Source: an uncultured Gemmatimonadota bacterium (GTDB lineage Bacteria; JAAXHH01). Taken from it: 64,000 nucleotides of DNA. The stretch lies in NCBI GenBank assembly GCA_951812955.1, contig OX638340.1:192001-256000 (forward strand), read 5' to 3'. Below are positions 29,305 to 39,090 of the stretch, piece by piece. A program made the translations under genes and the position numbers. Under the pieces are notes generated by a model. That model had not been told where the DNA came from, searched no databases, and saw only the letters and a program-made list of their open reading frames with translations. The stretch's first letter is position 1; each line of letters starts with the position of its first letter.

Positions 29305-31125
29305 TTATATGGCGAAAAAGGACCTCAGATTGTTCTCGATGTCCGCGTCTTCGCGCAGCTTGGTCAGCCATTCCTCGTACAGCTGATTCTGCTTCTGAAG
29401 CAGCAGCTGCCGTTTCAGGCCATCTTTCACCATTTCGTAGGTTGTCTCGTCGACCGGCTCTCTGGTTACCAGTTGAATGAGGTAGTAACCCCTTTCCCCT
29501 TCGACCACTTCGCTGAGCGCACCGGTCTCCGCCAGCTGGAACGCGCCCTTGATGAAAGCCAGATCCTGTCCGATTCTAGGGATGAAAGCCTGTTGTCGCG
29601 AAATGGGATCCGTGGCGATGACACGGTCCGCCAGGACGCCGCTCAATGCGTCCAGGTTCCCGGCGCCGAGGCCCGCCCTGACCTCCTCGCCCCGCAGCCT
29701 GGCCCGTTCCATTTTCTGATTCCGCACGAGGATCGACCGGATGCGCAACGCCACTTCCTCCAGGGGCAGTACGCCGGCCGGCTTTTCCTCCGCGTTCGCG
29801 AGTACGTAAAAACCGTTGGCGTTTTCCAGTACTTCGCTGATGTCGCCGGGTTCCGAGTCGAAGGTGAAGGACGAAGCGCCGACCAGGTACCCGATGCCCG
29901 GGATGAACCCGTCGGGGCGGTCGGTGAAAAACCCGGTGGTTTCGATCTCCAGGGAATCCGGCATGCCGAGGACGGTTTCGGCCAGGCTGCTTTCGAGTGC
30001 CCGGGTTCGAAGCTGTCCCGCCTGCTCGAGCAGCGTGGCGAGGGTCTGCTGGCCGGTGATGGTCTTCAAGAGAATATGGCGCGCGCGGACCTGCTCAGCG
30101 CCATCCCTGTCCGTAGCCTCTTCCACCTGGATAATGTGCCATCCGTGCTGCGTTTTTACAGGTTCCGAGATGGAGCCCGGTGGCGTTGCGAAGGCGACCG
30201 CCTCAAATTCCGGGACCATGGTGTTTCTTCCGAAAAACCCCAGGTCTCCCCCTTCTGCGGCATTGGATGCGTCCTCGGAGAAGTCCCTGGCCAGTGTTGC
30301 GAAATCGGCGCCGTCGACGAGCTGCCCGTATAGCTCCTCGATCTGGCGTTCGACGCGCTGGGAATCGGCCACGCTCGGTTGCTTCGGAATCATGACGTAG
30401 GTTAACGAAACCCGGTCGTCCTCCATGAAGGCTTCGGCATGATCCGCGTAGTACGCGGCGATGTCGCCGTCGGTGATCGATTCCGGTTCCACTTCCTGGT
30501 CTTCAGGATCGAAAAAGAGGTATTTGGCCGTCAACTGCTCGTTTTGTTCCTCAAAAGCCTGCCTTACTTCCAGATCCGTGACGCGCGCGCCCGAGATCAC
30601 CCGATTGATGAGCTTCCGCCGGGGCAGCAGCGTGCGGTACTGGTCTTCGAGGAACGCCCAGCCTTCGACGGCCGGGTCGTTCAGCGCCTGGAGATACTTG
30701 GTCTGGTCGAATTCGCCGTCCGTCTGGAACATCTCCTGCTGCCGGACATATTCCGGTGGATTGTTGCGAATCGCTTCCAGTATTTCGGCGTCGGTTACGA
30801 AAATCCCCTGTCTTCCGATTTGCTGTCCGAGCAACGTGAGTTCGATGCGCCGGTCCCATACCTCGTTTATGATTTCCCGGCTCCTGAATTCGTCCAGGGT
30901 GCCGCCCTGCTGCTGGCGTTCGATTTCCTGCACCCGTTCCACTTCAAACCGCATTTCCTCATAGGACACCGATTCACCGTTTATCGATCCCACGGTGTTC
31001 TGCCCCCCCGGCCCCCTGCCCGCCATGTCGGCGCCCCATTCCAGGCCGATCAGACCGATGAAGGCTATGACCAGGATAATCATGACGACGTGGGTTCGTT
31101 CTCTCAGTAGTTTCATCAATGCCAT
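29305..31125 (-). CDS. ppiD: Periplasmic chaperone / peptidyl-prolyl isomerase PpiD-like (SurA-N domain + parvulin domain)
   Basis: N-terminal membrane anchor, SurA-like N domain, PpiC-type rotamase segment (TQHGWHIIQVE); ATG at 31125 preceded by AAGGAG; only minus-strand gene in window. Confidence 0.75.
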   Translation of the reverse strand: MALMKLLRERTHVVMIILVIAFIGLIGLEWGADMAGRGPGGQNTVGSINGESVSYEEMRFEVERVQEIERQQQGGTLDEFRSREIINEVWDRRIELTLLGQQIGRQGIFVTDAEILEAIRNNPPEYVRQQEMFQTDGEFDQTKYLQALNDPAVEGWAFLEDQYRTLLPRRKLINRVISGARVTDLEVRQAFEEQNEQLTAKYLFFDPEDQEVEPESITDGDIAAYYADHAEAFMEDDRVSLTYVMIPKQPSVADSQRVERQIEELYGQLVDGADFATLARDFSEDASNAAEGGDLGFFGRNTMVPEFEAVAFATPPGSISEPVKTQHGWHIIQVEEATDRDGAEQVRARHILLKTITGQQTLATLLEQAGQLRTRALESSLAETVLGMPDSLEIETTGFFTDRPDGFIPGIGYLVGASSFTFDSEPGDISEVLENANGFYVLANAEEKPAGVLPLEEVALRIRSILVRNQKMERARLRGEEVRAGLGAGNLDALSGVLADRVIATDPISRQQAFIPRIGQDLAFIKGAFQLAETGALSEVVEGERGYYLIQLVTREPVDETTYEMVKDGLKRQLLLQKQNQLYEEWLTKLREDADIENNLRSFFAI

Positions 31126-31270
31126 ATTGCCTGCGCTCCTTGCGGACTTGTGCCGTTCGTTCCTCCAGCATGTTTCCGGACGTATGGAAAAAGACACGTA
31201 AATATAAGGGACCGGCTTTTCGTCGGCAACTCATTTGTCCCGGACGGGCGGGCCTGAAGGCAAAAGATGC

Positions 31271-31299
31271 TTGACAGTCTGCCAGACTCCACCTATTTT
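31271..31299 (+). promoter_or_regulatory. Candidate promoter TTGACA-N17-TATTTT for rpmE-prfA-prmC
   Basis: TTGACA 31271-31276, 17-nt spacer, TATTTT 31294-31299; AAGGAG RBS before rpmE. Confidence 0.5.
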
Positions 31300-31373
31300 T
31301 GGCTGGGCGCTTAAACAAACAAGCAGCCCGGCGATGCTTATAACACGGCCGATGACCTCAAGGAGTCAGCCTG

Positions 31374-31577
31374 ATGAAGAGTGGAATTCACCCTGAGTAC
31401 AAGGAAATCACGGTAAGCTGCGCCTGCGGCAATACTTTTAAGACTCGCTCGACGATCGATACGATCCACGTTGAGATCTGCTCGGCTTGCCATCCCTTCT
31501 ACACCGGAAAGCAGAAAATGGTCGACAGCGCAGGCCGCGTGGAACGCTTCAACCGGAAGTACGGAATCAAAGAGTAA
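31374..31577 (+). CDS. rpmE: 50S ribosomal protein L31 (Zn-ribbon type, CxxC...CxxC)
   Basis: MKSGIHPEY...CACGN...[10 protein letters not shown]. Confidence 0.9.
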   Translation: MKSGIHPEYKEITVSCACGNTFKTRSTIDTIHVEICSACHPFYTGKQKMVDSAGRVERFNRKYGIKE

Positions 31578-31671
31578 GCCGCGATCGTAGTCGCCCGACC
31601 CTTCCAGGCCCGACAGTCCAGGCTGTTCCCGACTGTCGGATGCCGCCGCTCCCCTACCTTGCCATGCCTCC

Positions 31672-32754
<1,083 letters not shown>

Positions 32755-32775
32755 CGCCATCCCCGGAAATGGCCC

Positions 32776-33735
32776 ATGAACAGACTTGAATGCCCTGCCG
32801 CGTTGACCGTGCTACAGGCGGTCGACTGGGCAGCCCGCAAGCTGGACGGCCGGGCGAATCCCGCCAGCCGCGTCGAATCCGAAATCCTGCTGGGGGAGGT
32901 GTGCGCATCAAGCCGTCTCGCGTTGTACCTCGACCATGCCAGGCGTCTCGACATACTGGAGACTTCCCGGTTTTCGGCGCTGGTCAGCCGAAGAGTGCGC
33001 GGGGAACCAGTCCAGTATCTTACGGGTAGTGCGGAGTTTTACGGCCGTGAGTTCCTGGTATCGCCGGCCGTGCTGATCCCCCGGCCCGAGACCGAGCGGA
33101 TTGTAGACCACGTGCGTCCCTTTCTGAATGGGATTCGGCGCGTGCCCGTAGGAAACCCGGGCATGCGGGCCCGGGCGCGGAATACCGGCGGAACGCCTTC
33201 CGACCGCCCCGTTCATTTCGCGGACGTCGGCACTGGATCAGGGGTCCTCGCGGTCACGCTCGCCCTGGAATGCCCGTCGGTTCGGGGGTATGCAACCGAT
33301 GTCTCCGACGAGGCCCTGGGGATCGCGCGCAGAAATGCGGGCCGCCTGCTCCGGGACCGTAGCCGGATTGCCTTCGCGCGGGGTTCGTTACTGGCGCCGT
33401 TGAACGCGTCATCCATCCCCGCTTTGGACCTCATCGTGTCCAACCCGCCTTATGTCACTTCGCGGGAGATGGACAGCCTGCCGGATGAGATTCGCGCGTT
33501 TGAACCACGGCTGGCCCTCCATGGCGGCGAAGATGGCCTGATATGCTACCGCGAACTCATCGACCAGGCCCCGGCGTACCTGAAAAAAGGCGGGATGATC
33601 GCCCTGGAGATCGGCTCGGAACAGTCCGCGGCGGTGTCTCGTTTATTGACGGACCGCCGTGTATTCGGAAACATGAAGATCGTGAAGGATTACAATGGCC
33701 TGGACCGTATCGTGTCCGCCATCCACGTCGGGTGA
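32776..33735 (+). CDS. prmC: Release factor glutamine N5-methyltransferase PrmC/HemK
   Basis: SAM-binding DVGTGSG, catalytic NPPY; follows prfA. Confidence 0.88.
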   Translation: MNRLECPAALTVLQAVDWAARKLDGRANPASRVESEILLGEVCASSRLALYLDHARRLDILETSRFSALVSRRVRGEPVQYLTGSAEFYGREFLVSPAVLIPRPETERIVDHVRPFLNGIRRVPVGNPGMRARARNTGGTPSDRPVHFADVGTGSGVLAVTLALECPSVRGYATDVSDEALGIARRNAGRLLRDRSRIAFARGSLLAPLNASSIPALDLIVSNPPYVTSREMDSLPDEIRAFEPRLALHGGEDGLICYRELIDQAPAYLKKGGMIALEIGSEQSAAVSRLLTDRRVFGNMKIVKDYNGLDRIVSAIHVG

Positions 33736-33765
33736 TCCCCGGCTTCACCGACCGGAAGGTGCACC

Positions 33766-34584
33766 ATGCTGAACAACCGTCGCATCATGATACTTGGAAC
33801 TGGAAACATGGGATCCTGCCTGCTCGGCGGCATACGCAGAGCAAATCTCGTTCCCCCGGAACAAATCGTGATTACCGGTCTGCGGTCCGATTACCTCAAG
33901 GACCTGGCGGAGCAATGGGATGTTAGCTGGACAACGGACAACCGCAAAGCGGTGCGTGAAGCGGATATCGTCATGATCTGCCTCAAGCCCCAGGCCATAG
34001 AACGCGTGGTGGATCAAGTACGCGACTGTCTCCGTCCCGATCAGCTGCTGATTACGATCGCGGCGGGAATGACGACGACCTCGATTACGGAAATGGCACG
34101 CACCGAGAATCCTGTCGTCCGGGTGATGCCGAATATCGCCTCCCTGGTGGACGAGGGGGCTGCGGCTATTTCGCCGGGCACGTACGCCGGCGAAGAACAT
34201 AAACAGATTGCAGCCCGGATCTTCCAGGCGGTAGGGCGCGTCGTTTTCGTGAACGAGCATCTTCTGGACGCGGTAACCGGTCTCAGCGGCAGCGGCCCCG
34301 CCTATATATATATGGTAATAGAGGCATTGTCAGACGGCGGTGTGAAAATGGGCCTGCCCCGAGATGTCGCCCTGGACCTCGCGGCCCAGACCGTACTTGG
34401 CGCCGCGCGGCTTATTCAGGAGACCGGCAAGCATCCCGCGGTGTTGCGCGACCAGGTACTTACGCCGGGCGGCACCACCATCGCAGCGGTACATGACCTG
34501 GAAATCCGCGGATTGCGAAGCATGTTGATCAGCGCGGTCGAGACCGCCACGCGGCGATCAAGAGAACTCCGAGACGGCAATTAG
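33766..34584 (+). CDS. proC: Pyrroline-5-carboxylate reductase
   Basis: N-terminal Rossmann ILGTGNMG; P5CR C-terminal dimerisation domain (SGSGPAYIYMVIEAL, TPGGTTIAA). Confidence 0.9.
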   Translation: MLNNRRIMILGTGNMGSCLLGGIRRANLVPPEQIVITGLRSDYLKDLAEQWDVSWTTDNRKAVREADIVMICLKPQAIERVVDQVRDCLRPDQLLITIAAGMTTTSITEMARTENPVVRVMPNIASLVDEGAAAISPGTYAGEEHKQIAARIFQAVGRVVFVNEHLLDAVTGLSGSGPAYIYMVIEALSDGGVKMGLPRDVALDLAAQTVLGAARLIQETGKHPAVLRDQVLTPGGTTIAAVHDLEIRGLRSMLISAVETATRRSRELRDGN

Positions 34585-34908
34585 ACTCTCCCCGGGTCTT
34601 TTGAGAAACAGGGCCGGATGCTGCCGGCAGGCCGGCGCGCCCTGAAATGAATCGTCCGGATTCGGCAAGACCCCATCGCATTTTAATCCACACAGGCTGA
34701 CAAAAAGGATTTCACGTTCGGGAGGAATCCTCCCGGGGGCGTCTTTGCGCGTGAACGGCGCCATATAGTGCCTGAACCGACGGTATTTCGTAGTATATGG
34801 TGTCAACACCTGATGTGTATCAACACACATATAGTCTTTTGCGCACGTAGGAGTTACGAAGATTCCCTTATCCAAAGGTAAAGAAAATCGATGTAAGTCC
34901 ATTTTTTA

Positions 34909-34937
34909 TTGACAATATGGGGGGTGCTATGTAGTAT
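34909..34937 (+). promoter_or_regulatory. Pmra-type promoter TTGACA-N17-TAGTAT for the dcw cluster
   Basis: Perfect -35 TTGACA 34909-34914, 17-nt spacer, TAGTAT 34932-34937, ~120 nt upstream of mraZ. Confidence 0.6.
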
Positions 34938-34938
34938 A

Positions 34939-34963
34939 GTGGGTAGAAGTGGGACGAAGTGGG
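34939..34963 (+). promoter_or_regulatory. Putative MraZ operator: three GTGGG direct repeats at 10-bp spacing
   Basis: GTGGG at 34939-34943, 34949-34953, 34959-34963 (GTGGG-N5-GTGGG-N5-GTGGG) immediately downstream of the -10, overlapping the expected transcription start. Confidence 0.6.
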
Positions 34964-35060
34964 TCCCAGAACATCCTGATTACCAAACACTTGTATAGTA
35001 ATCGTAAATAACTACCTCAGGACAGGGTGTTTACTCCTTTGTGTTACAGGGAGATCGTGA

Positions 35061-35501
35061 ATGGTTAACTTCCTGGGTTCATACACCTACACCGTGGACC
35101 ACAAAGGCCGGGTCAATGTCCCTGTGAAGTTTCGCAAGCACATCCGGACCGACGAGGACGACACGCTGATCATCACGCGGGGACTCGATGGATGTCTTTT
35201 CGTCTATCCAATCGACGAATGGGAACAGATCGACACCCGATTGCGAGAACTGCCCGTCACAAGGCAGAACACGCGGATCTTCATCAGGATGCTCTCGTCG
35301 GAGGCCGTGGCAGTCTCCATGGACAAGCAGGGTCGTATCGCCCTTCCCAGGCAGCTGATCGAACGCGCCGGCATTGAAACGGAAGTACTGATCATCGGAA
35401 CGCTTGACCACTTTGAACTCTGGAGTCCCGGGGAGTATGAGAAAGTAATGAACGAATCGGGACATACATACGAAGAGATCGCGGAGTCCCTGTTCGTTTG
35501 A
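35061..35501 (+). CDS. mraZ: Transcriptional regulator MraZ
   Basis: Two SpoVT/AbrB-like halves with DHKGRVNVP and DKQGRIALP motifs. Confidence 0.92.
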   Translation: MVNFLGSYTYTVDHKGRVNVPVKFRKHIRTDEDDTLIITRGLDGCLFVYPIDEWEQIDTRLRELPVTRQNTRIFIRMLSSEAVAVSMDKQGRIALPRQLIERAGIETEVLIIGTLDHFELWSPGEYEKVMNESGHTYEEIAESLFV

Positions 35502-36511
35502 TGCTTTCCACCCATGCGGCTCCGTTAAATCACGGAATGATCATGGGTCTGGCAGACAAGTACAATCATGTTCCCGTTCTTGCGGGGAAGGTAGCCGAGA
35601 TGCTCGTCTGGAACACTTCCGGCACATATGTAGACGGTACAATCGGCGGAGGCGGTCACGCGCGCGCCATACTGGAGCGGCTTGGCGAATCCGGACGGTT
35701 GATCGGGCTGGACAGGGATTCCGAAGCGGTCGGCGCGGCAGGTGCGCGGCTTGCGCGGGGAAGTACTCCTCGCGTGGAGATCCTGCAACGGGACTATACG
35801 GAGTTGGCGTCCGTGCTGGAAGCGAAACGCATCTCCCGGGTGGACGGACTGATTCTGGACCTTGGCATTTCGTCCTACCAGGTCGATACGCCTGATCGCG
35901 GATTTTCATTCCAGTCCGACGGTCCGCTCGACATGCGCATGGACCGGGGCAAGCCGTTGACCGCGGCTCATATCGTCAACGAAAGTTCCCGGGATGAACT
36001 CGAGCGGATCATACGGGAATACGGCGAGGAACGGCAGGCGCGCGGCGTCGCGAACGCGATCGTCAGAACCCGCGACAGGGCGCCGCTGACTTCCACCGCC
36101 AGGCTGGCTGATACGATCAGGTCCGCGGTCCGCCGCAGATGGGCGGTCAAGTCCTGCGCCCGGGTGTTCCAGGCACTAAGAATCGCCGTCAACCAGGAAC
36201 TGGACAAATTGAAATTGGTTTTGGATACCATGCTTCCCCTCCTGAGCAACCGGGGTCGTTTCGGTATCATATCCTATCATTCACTGGAAGATCGACTGGT
36301 CAAGCGGACATTCGAAACCTGGGCATCGGACTGCATTTGTCCGCCCGGCTTTCCACAGTGCGTCTGCCAGCACAGGCGCGTTGCCGTGCTACATACGAAA
36401 CGGGCCGTCGTGGCCTCCCGTGAAGAAGTCGCGAAAAACCCGCGGGCGCGAAGCGCCAGGTTCCGGATGATTGAACGTTTGCCCGACGATCAACACGCAC
36501 ACTGTAATTAA
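35498..36511 (+). CDS. rsmH: 16S rRNA (cytosine1402-N4)-methyltransferase RsmH/MraW
   Basis: HVPVL...DGTIGGGGHA, LILDLGISSYQVD; start may be at internal ATG 35534/35540. Confidence 0.9.
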   Translation: MMLSTHAAPLNHGMIMGLADKYNHVPVLAGKVAEMLVWNTSGTYVDGTIGGGGHARAILERLGESGRLIGLDRDSEAVGAAGARLARGSTPRVEILQRDYTELASVLEAKRISRVDGLILDLGISSYQVDTPDRGFSFQSDGPLDMRMDRGKPLTAAHIVNESSRDELERIIREYGEERQARGVANAIVRTRDRAPLTSTARLADTIRSAVRRRWAVKSCARVFQALRIAVNQELDKLKLVLDTMLPLLSNRGRFGIISYHSLEDRLVKRTFETWASDCICPPGFPQCVCQHRRVAVLHTKRAVVASREEVAKNPRARSARFRMIERLPDDQHAHCN

Positions 36512-36541
36512 CATCTTTAATTCAGAACGGAGAAGCCCGTC

Positions 36542-36964
36542 ATGAAATCCGCTATCAGATTCCGCAGCGACCACTCGTACATGGGACAATTGATCGGCTG
36601 GATCGGTACGATCGCGCTCGTAACGTCGCTGAGCATGGGTTACATCTGGCACCAGGTGGAAACCACGACGCTGATGCGGGAGATCATCGAACTGAAGGAT
36701 CAGAAAGAAGCCTTGAAAAAGGAAAGCGCCTATTTGCACGTGCGGATCGTTCGGCTCGCGGAACAGCTTCGGAACGAAACAGTGGCCATGAGTCGTTTCG
36801 ATTTGGAACACGCTGCAGTCGGACAGGTTGTGAACATGGATGCGGTAGACACGGCCATGGCTTTGGCCAACACCGAGCCCGATGTAAGGGCGATTGCGGG
36901 TAAGCCGGCGGATGACGCGTTGATCCTTGCCTCGTACCCTGCGGCTCACGTGGATACCCGATGA
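36542..36964 (+). CDS. ftsL: Cell division protein FtsL-like (single TM + coiled coil)
   Basis: Position between rsmH and ftsI; N-terminal TM then coiled-coil heptads (IIELKDQKEALKKESAYLHVRIVRL). Confidence 0.6.
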   Translation: MKSAIRFRSDHSYMGQLIGWIGTIALVTSLSMGYIWHQVETTTLMREIIELKDQKEALKKESAYLHVRIVRLAEQLRNETVAMSRFDLEHAAVGQVVNMDAVDTAMALANTEPDVRAIAGKPADDALILASYPAAHVDTR

Positions 36965-36976
36965 GGGAATACCGTT

Positions 36977-39040
36977 ATGGTCGCGAAATCCTGTATGCGC
37001 AGACTGACCCTCCTGGCCGTAGTCGGAGTGGTACTGTGTGCAGGTCTCGGGATTCGTATCGCGCTAATTCAGATTCGCGACGGCGAGGCCTACAGGCAGC
37101 GGGCGCGTGACCAACAGCACCGGGTGGTCACCATCGACCCCCGCCGGGGCCGTATCTTCGACCGCAACCGTAACACGCTGGCGCTGAGTGTCGAGTTCGA
37201 CTCCTTCGGTATCCAGGATCTCGACCGGGACCGGTACGGCCCCTCCGATATCGGAAACCTGGCCGTTCAGCTTTCCCAGATCACCGGCGAAGATCCCCAG
37301 CATATCATCGACCGGGTTTCCGAGACCTCCGACTTCAGGTATTTGGTCCGCTGGGTGAATCCCGAAACCAGTGAACGGATTAGAAGCCTCTCCACCTATC
37401 CCTTGTTCGAACCCTATATACGCACGCAAAAGGAAGCCAGGCGGGTCTATCCCTATCGGACCGCGGCCGGCCAGATACTGGGTTTCAGCGTAGATGGTTC
37501 CGGTCGGGCCGGGTTCGAAATGGAACACAACCAGCTGTTATCTGGTTTAGAAGGGTACAGCGTGGTGCAGATAGACGCTCAGCGACGGGCGTATTCGTGG
37601 CTTGATGCCTACCAGAATCCGGCGGAGAACGGCGCGGACGTCGTACTGACGATCGATATCGCTGCCCAGGTTGCCGCGGAAGAGGCGCTGGAGGAGGCGA
37701 TAGCGTGGCACGGGGCGCTCGGCGGTATGGTCATCATGATGGATCCGGCGAACGGCGACATACTGGCCATGGCCAGTTCTCCGGACTTCGATCCGAATAC
37801 ACCGGGACGGTTTCCATTCGAAGCCCAGAAGATCAGGCCGGTGGTGGATATCTACGAACCTGGGTCGACTTTCAAGATCGTAGCAGCGACCGCGGCCCTG
37901 GAGACCGGTGCGTTCTCTCTTGAGGACCGGATCGATACCAGTGCAGGCCGGATCGAGGTGGGCGCGCAGACGATATCAGACCACGAGGTCTACGACGAAC
38001 TGAGCGTACGGGAAGTCATCGAGCGGTCCAGCAACGTGGGTACCGTCAAAATCGCCCTGGCCCTCGGTGAAAAGGAGTTTTTCAAATACACCCGGGCCTT
38101 CGGTTTCGGCATGAAAACGGGCGTGGCCCTCCCGGGCGAGGCAAGAGGTATCCTGCATAAACCGGCCGTTTGGTCCATGTCCACGCTTCCCGCCATGGCC
38201 ATCGGCTACGGGGTTTCCGTCACCGGAGTACAACTCGCGACCGCCTATTGCGCCGTAGCCAACGGAGGCCTGCTCCTGCGACCTCGGATAATCAGATCCA
38301 TCCTGAGAAACGACGGTTCCGTGCAGACCGAACCGCGGTTTGTCGTTCGCAGGGTGATGAAAGAGGAGACCGCCGAAGCCTTACTGGGCGTATTCGCCGG
38401 AGTGGTGGACCAGGGTACGGGCACAAAGGCCGCGGTAACGGGTTTCAAGGTCGCGGGAAAGACCGGCACAGCCTGGAAGACCCGTGAGGACGGCAGGGGA
38501 TACACCAGGAATTACCGGTCGTCGTTTGCCGGGATGTTTCCGGCGAATGACCCGGAAATCGTCGTGCTCGTCATGATCGACGAGCCGAAGAAACGCGGCT
38601 TCTATGGCGGATCCGTGGCCGCGCCGGTTTTCAACAAAATCGTTCGCCGCCTCGTCCATCTGCCGGACGGACCCGTTGAGTCGGTTCCCGAATCCGATGA
38701 CGGCCTGCCCCTTCACCTGGCCTCCATCAAGCCTGGTTCGTCCTCGGGCAGCAGACCGCAGGGTTCTGCTACGGCATCGGGAGGACCGATGACTGGAGAC
38801 TTACTGCAGCTTGGCGGCCACTGGGAAATCGAACGTCCCGGTACCGGGGCGGAACAGGCACCGGTGCCGCTTCCGTCGGTGACAGGCATGAGCGTTAGAG
38901 AAGCCGTAAGGACCCTGGCCGAACAGGGTATTGAAGCAACCATAGTCGGTAAGGGCTACGTCCGACGCCAGATTCCTTCACCGGGCCGCATGGTCTATCC
39001 CGGCGATCGATGCCTCATCGAATGTGGTCCCTACAACTAG
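36977..39040 (+). CDS. ftsI: Peptidoglycan D,D-transpeptidase FtsI (class B PBP) with C-terminal PASTA-like domain
   Basis: SxxK GSTFKIV, SxN RSSN, KTG(T) AGKTGTA; C-terminal ~70 aa PVPLPSVTGMSVREAVRTLAEQGIEATIVGKGYVRRQ resembles PASTA. Confidence 0.88.
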   Translation: MVAKSCMRRLTLLAVVGVVLCAGLGIRIALIQIRDGEAYRQRARDQQHRVVTIDPRRGRIFDRNRNTLALSVEFDSFGIQDLDRDRYGPSDIGNLAVQLSQITGEDPQHIIDRVSETSDFRYLVRWVNPETSERIRSLSTYPLFEPYIRTQKEARRVYPYRTAAGQILGFSVDGSGRAGFEMEHNQLLSGLEGYSVVQIDAQRRAYSWLDAYQNPAENGADVVLTIDIAAQVAAEEALEEAIAWHGALGGMVIMMDPANGDILAMASSPDFDPNTPGRFPFEAQKIRPVVDIYEPGSTFKIVAATAALETGAFSLEDRIDTSAGRIEVGAQTISDHEVYDELSVREVIERSSNVGTVKIALALGEKEFFKYTRAFGFGMKTGVALPGEARGILHKPAVWSMSTLPAMAIGYGVSVTGVQLATAYCAVANGGLLLRPRIIRSILRNDGSVQTEPRFVVRRVMKEETAEALLGVFAGVVDQGTGTKAAVTGFKVAGKTGTAWKTREDGRGYTRNYRSSFAGMFPANDPEIVVLVMIDEPKKRGFYGGSVAAPVFNKIVRRLVHLPDGPVESVPESDDGLPLHLASIKPGSSSGSRPQGSATASGGPMTGDLLQLGGHWEIERPGTGAEQAPVPLPSVTGMSVREAVRTLAEQGIEATIVGKGYVRRQIPSPGRMVYPGDRCLIECGPYN

Positions 39041-39090
39041 CCGATTCATCGTTCATGAGGGTGAGGACGACGGCATAGAGGGTCAAGGCG

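Noticed and set aside
31126-31197. Longer ppiD N-terminus starting at GTG 31197 (MSFSIRPETCWRNERHKSARSAGN...)
   Set aside because: No SD before the GTG, whereas ATG 31125 is preceded by AAGGAG and begins with a typical signal-anchor sequence. The shorter form was chosen.
34558-34902. 114-aa minus-strand ORF inside the proC-mraZ spacer
   Set aside because: No RBS, runs antisense through the Pmra upstream region and into the proC 3' end, and has no recognisable motifs. More likely non-coding regulatory DNA.
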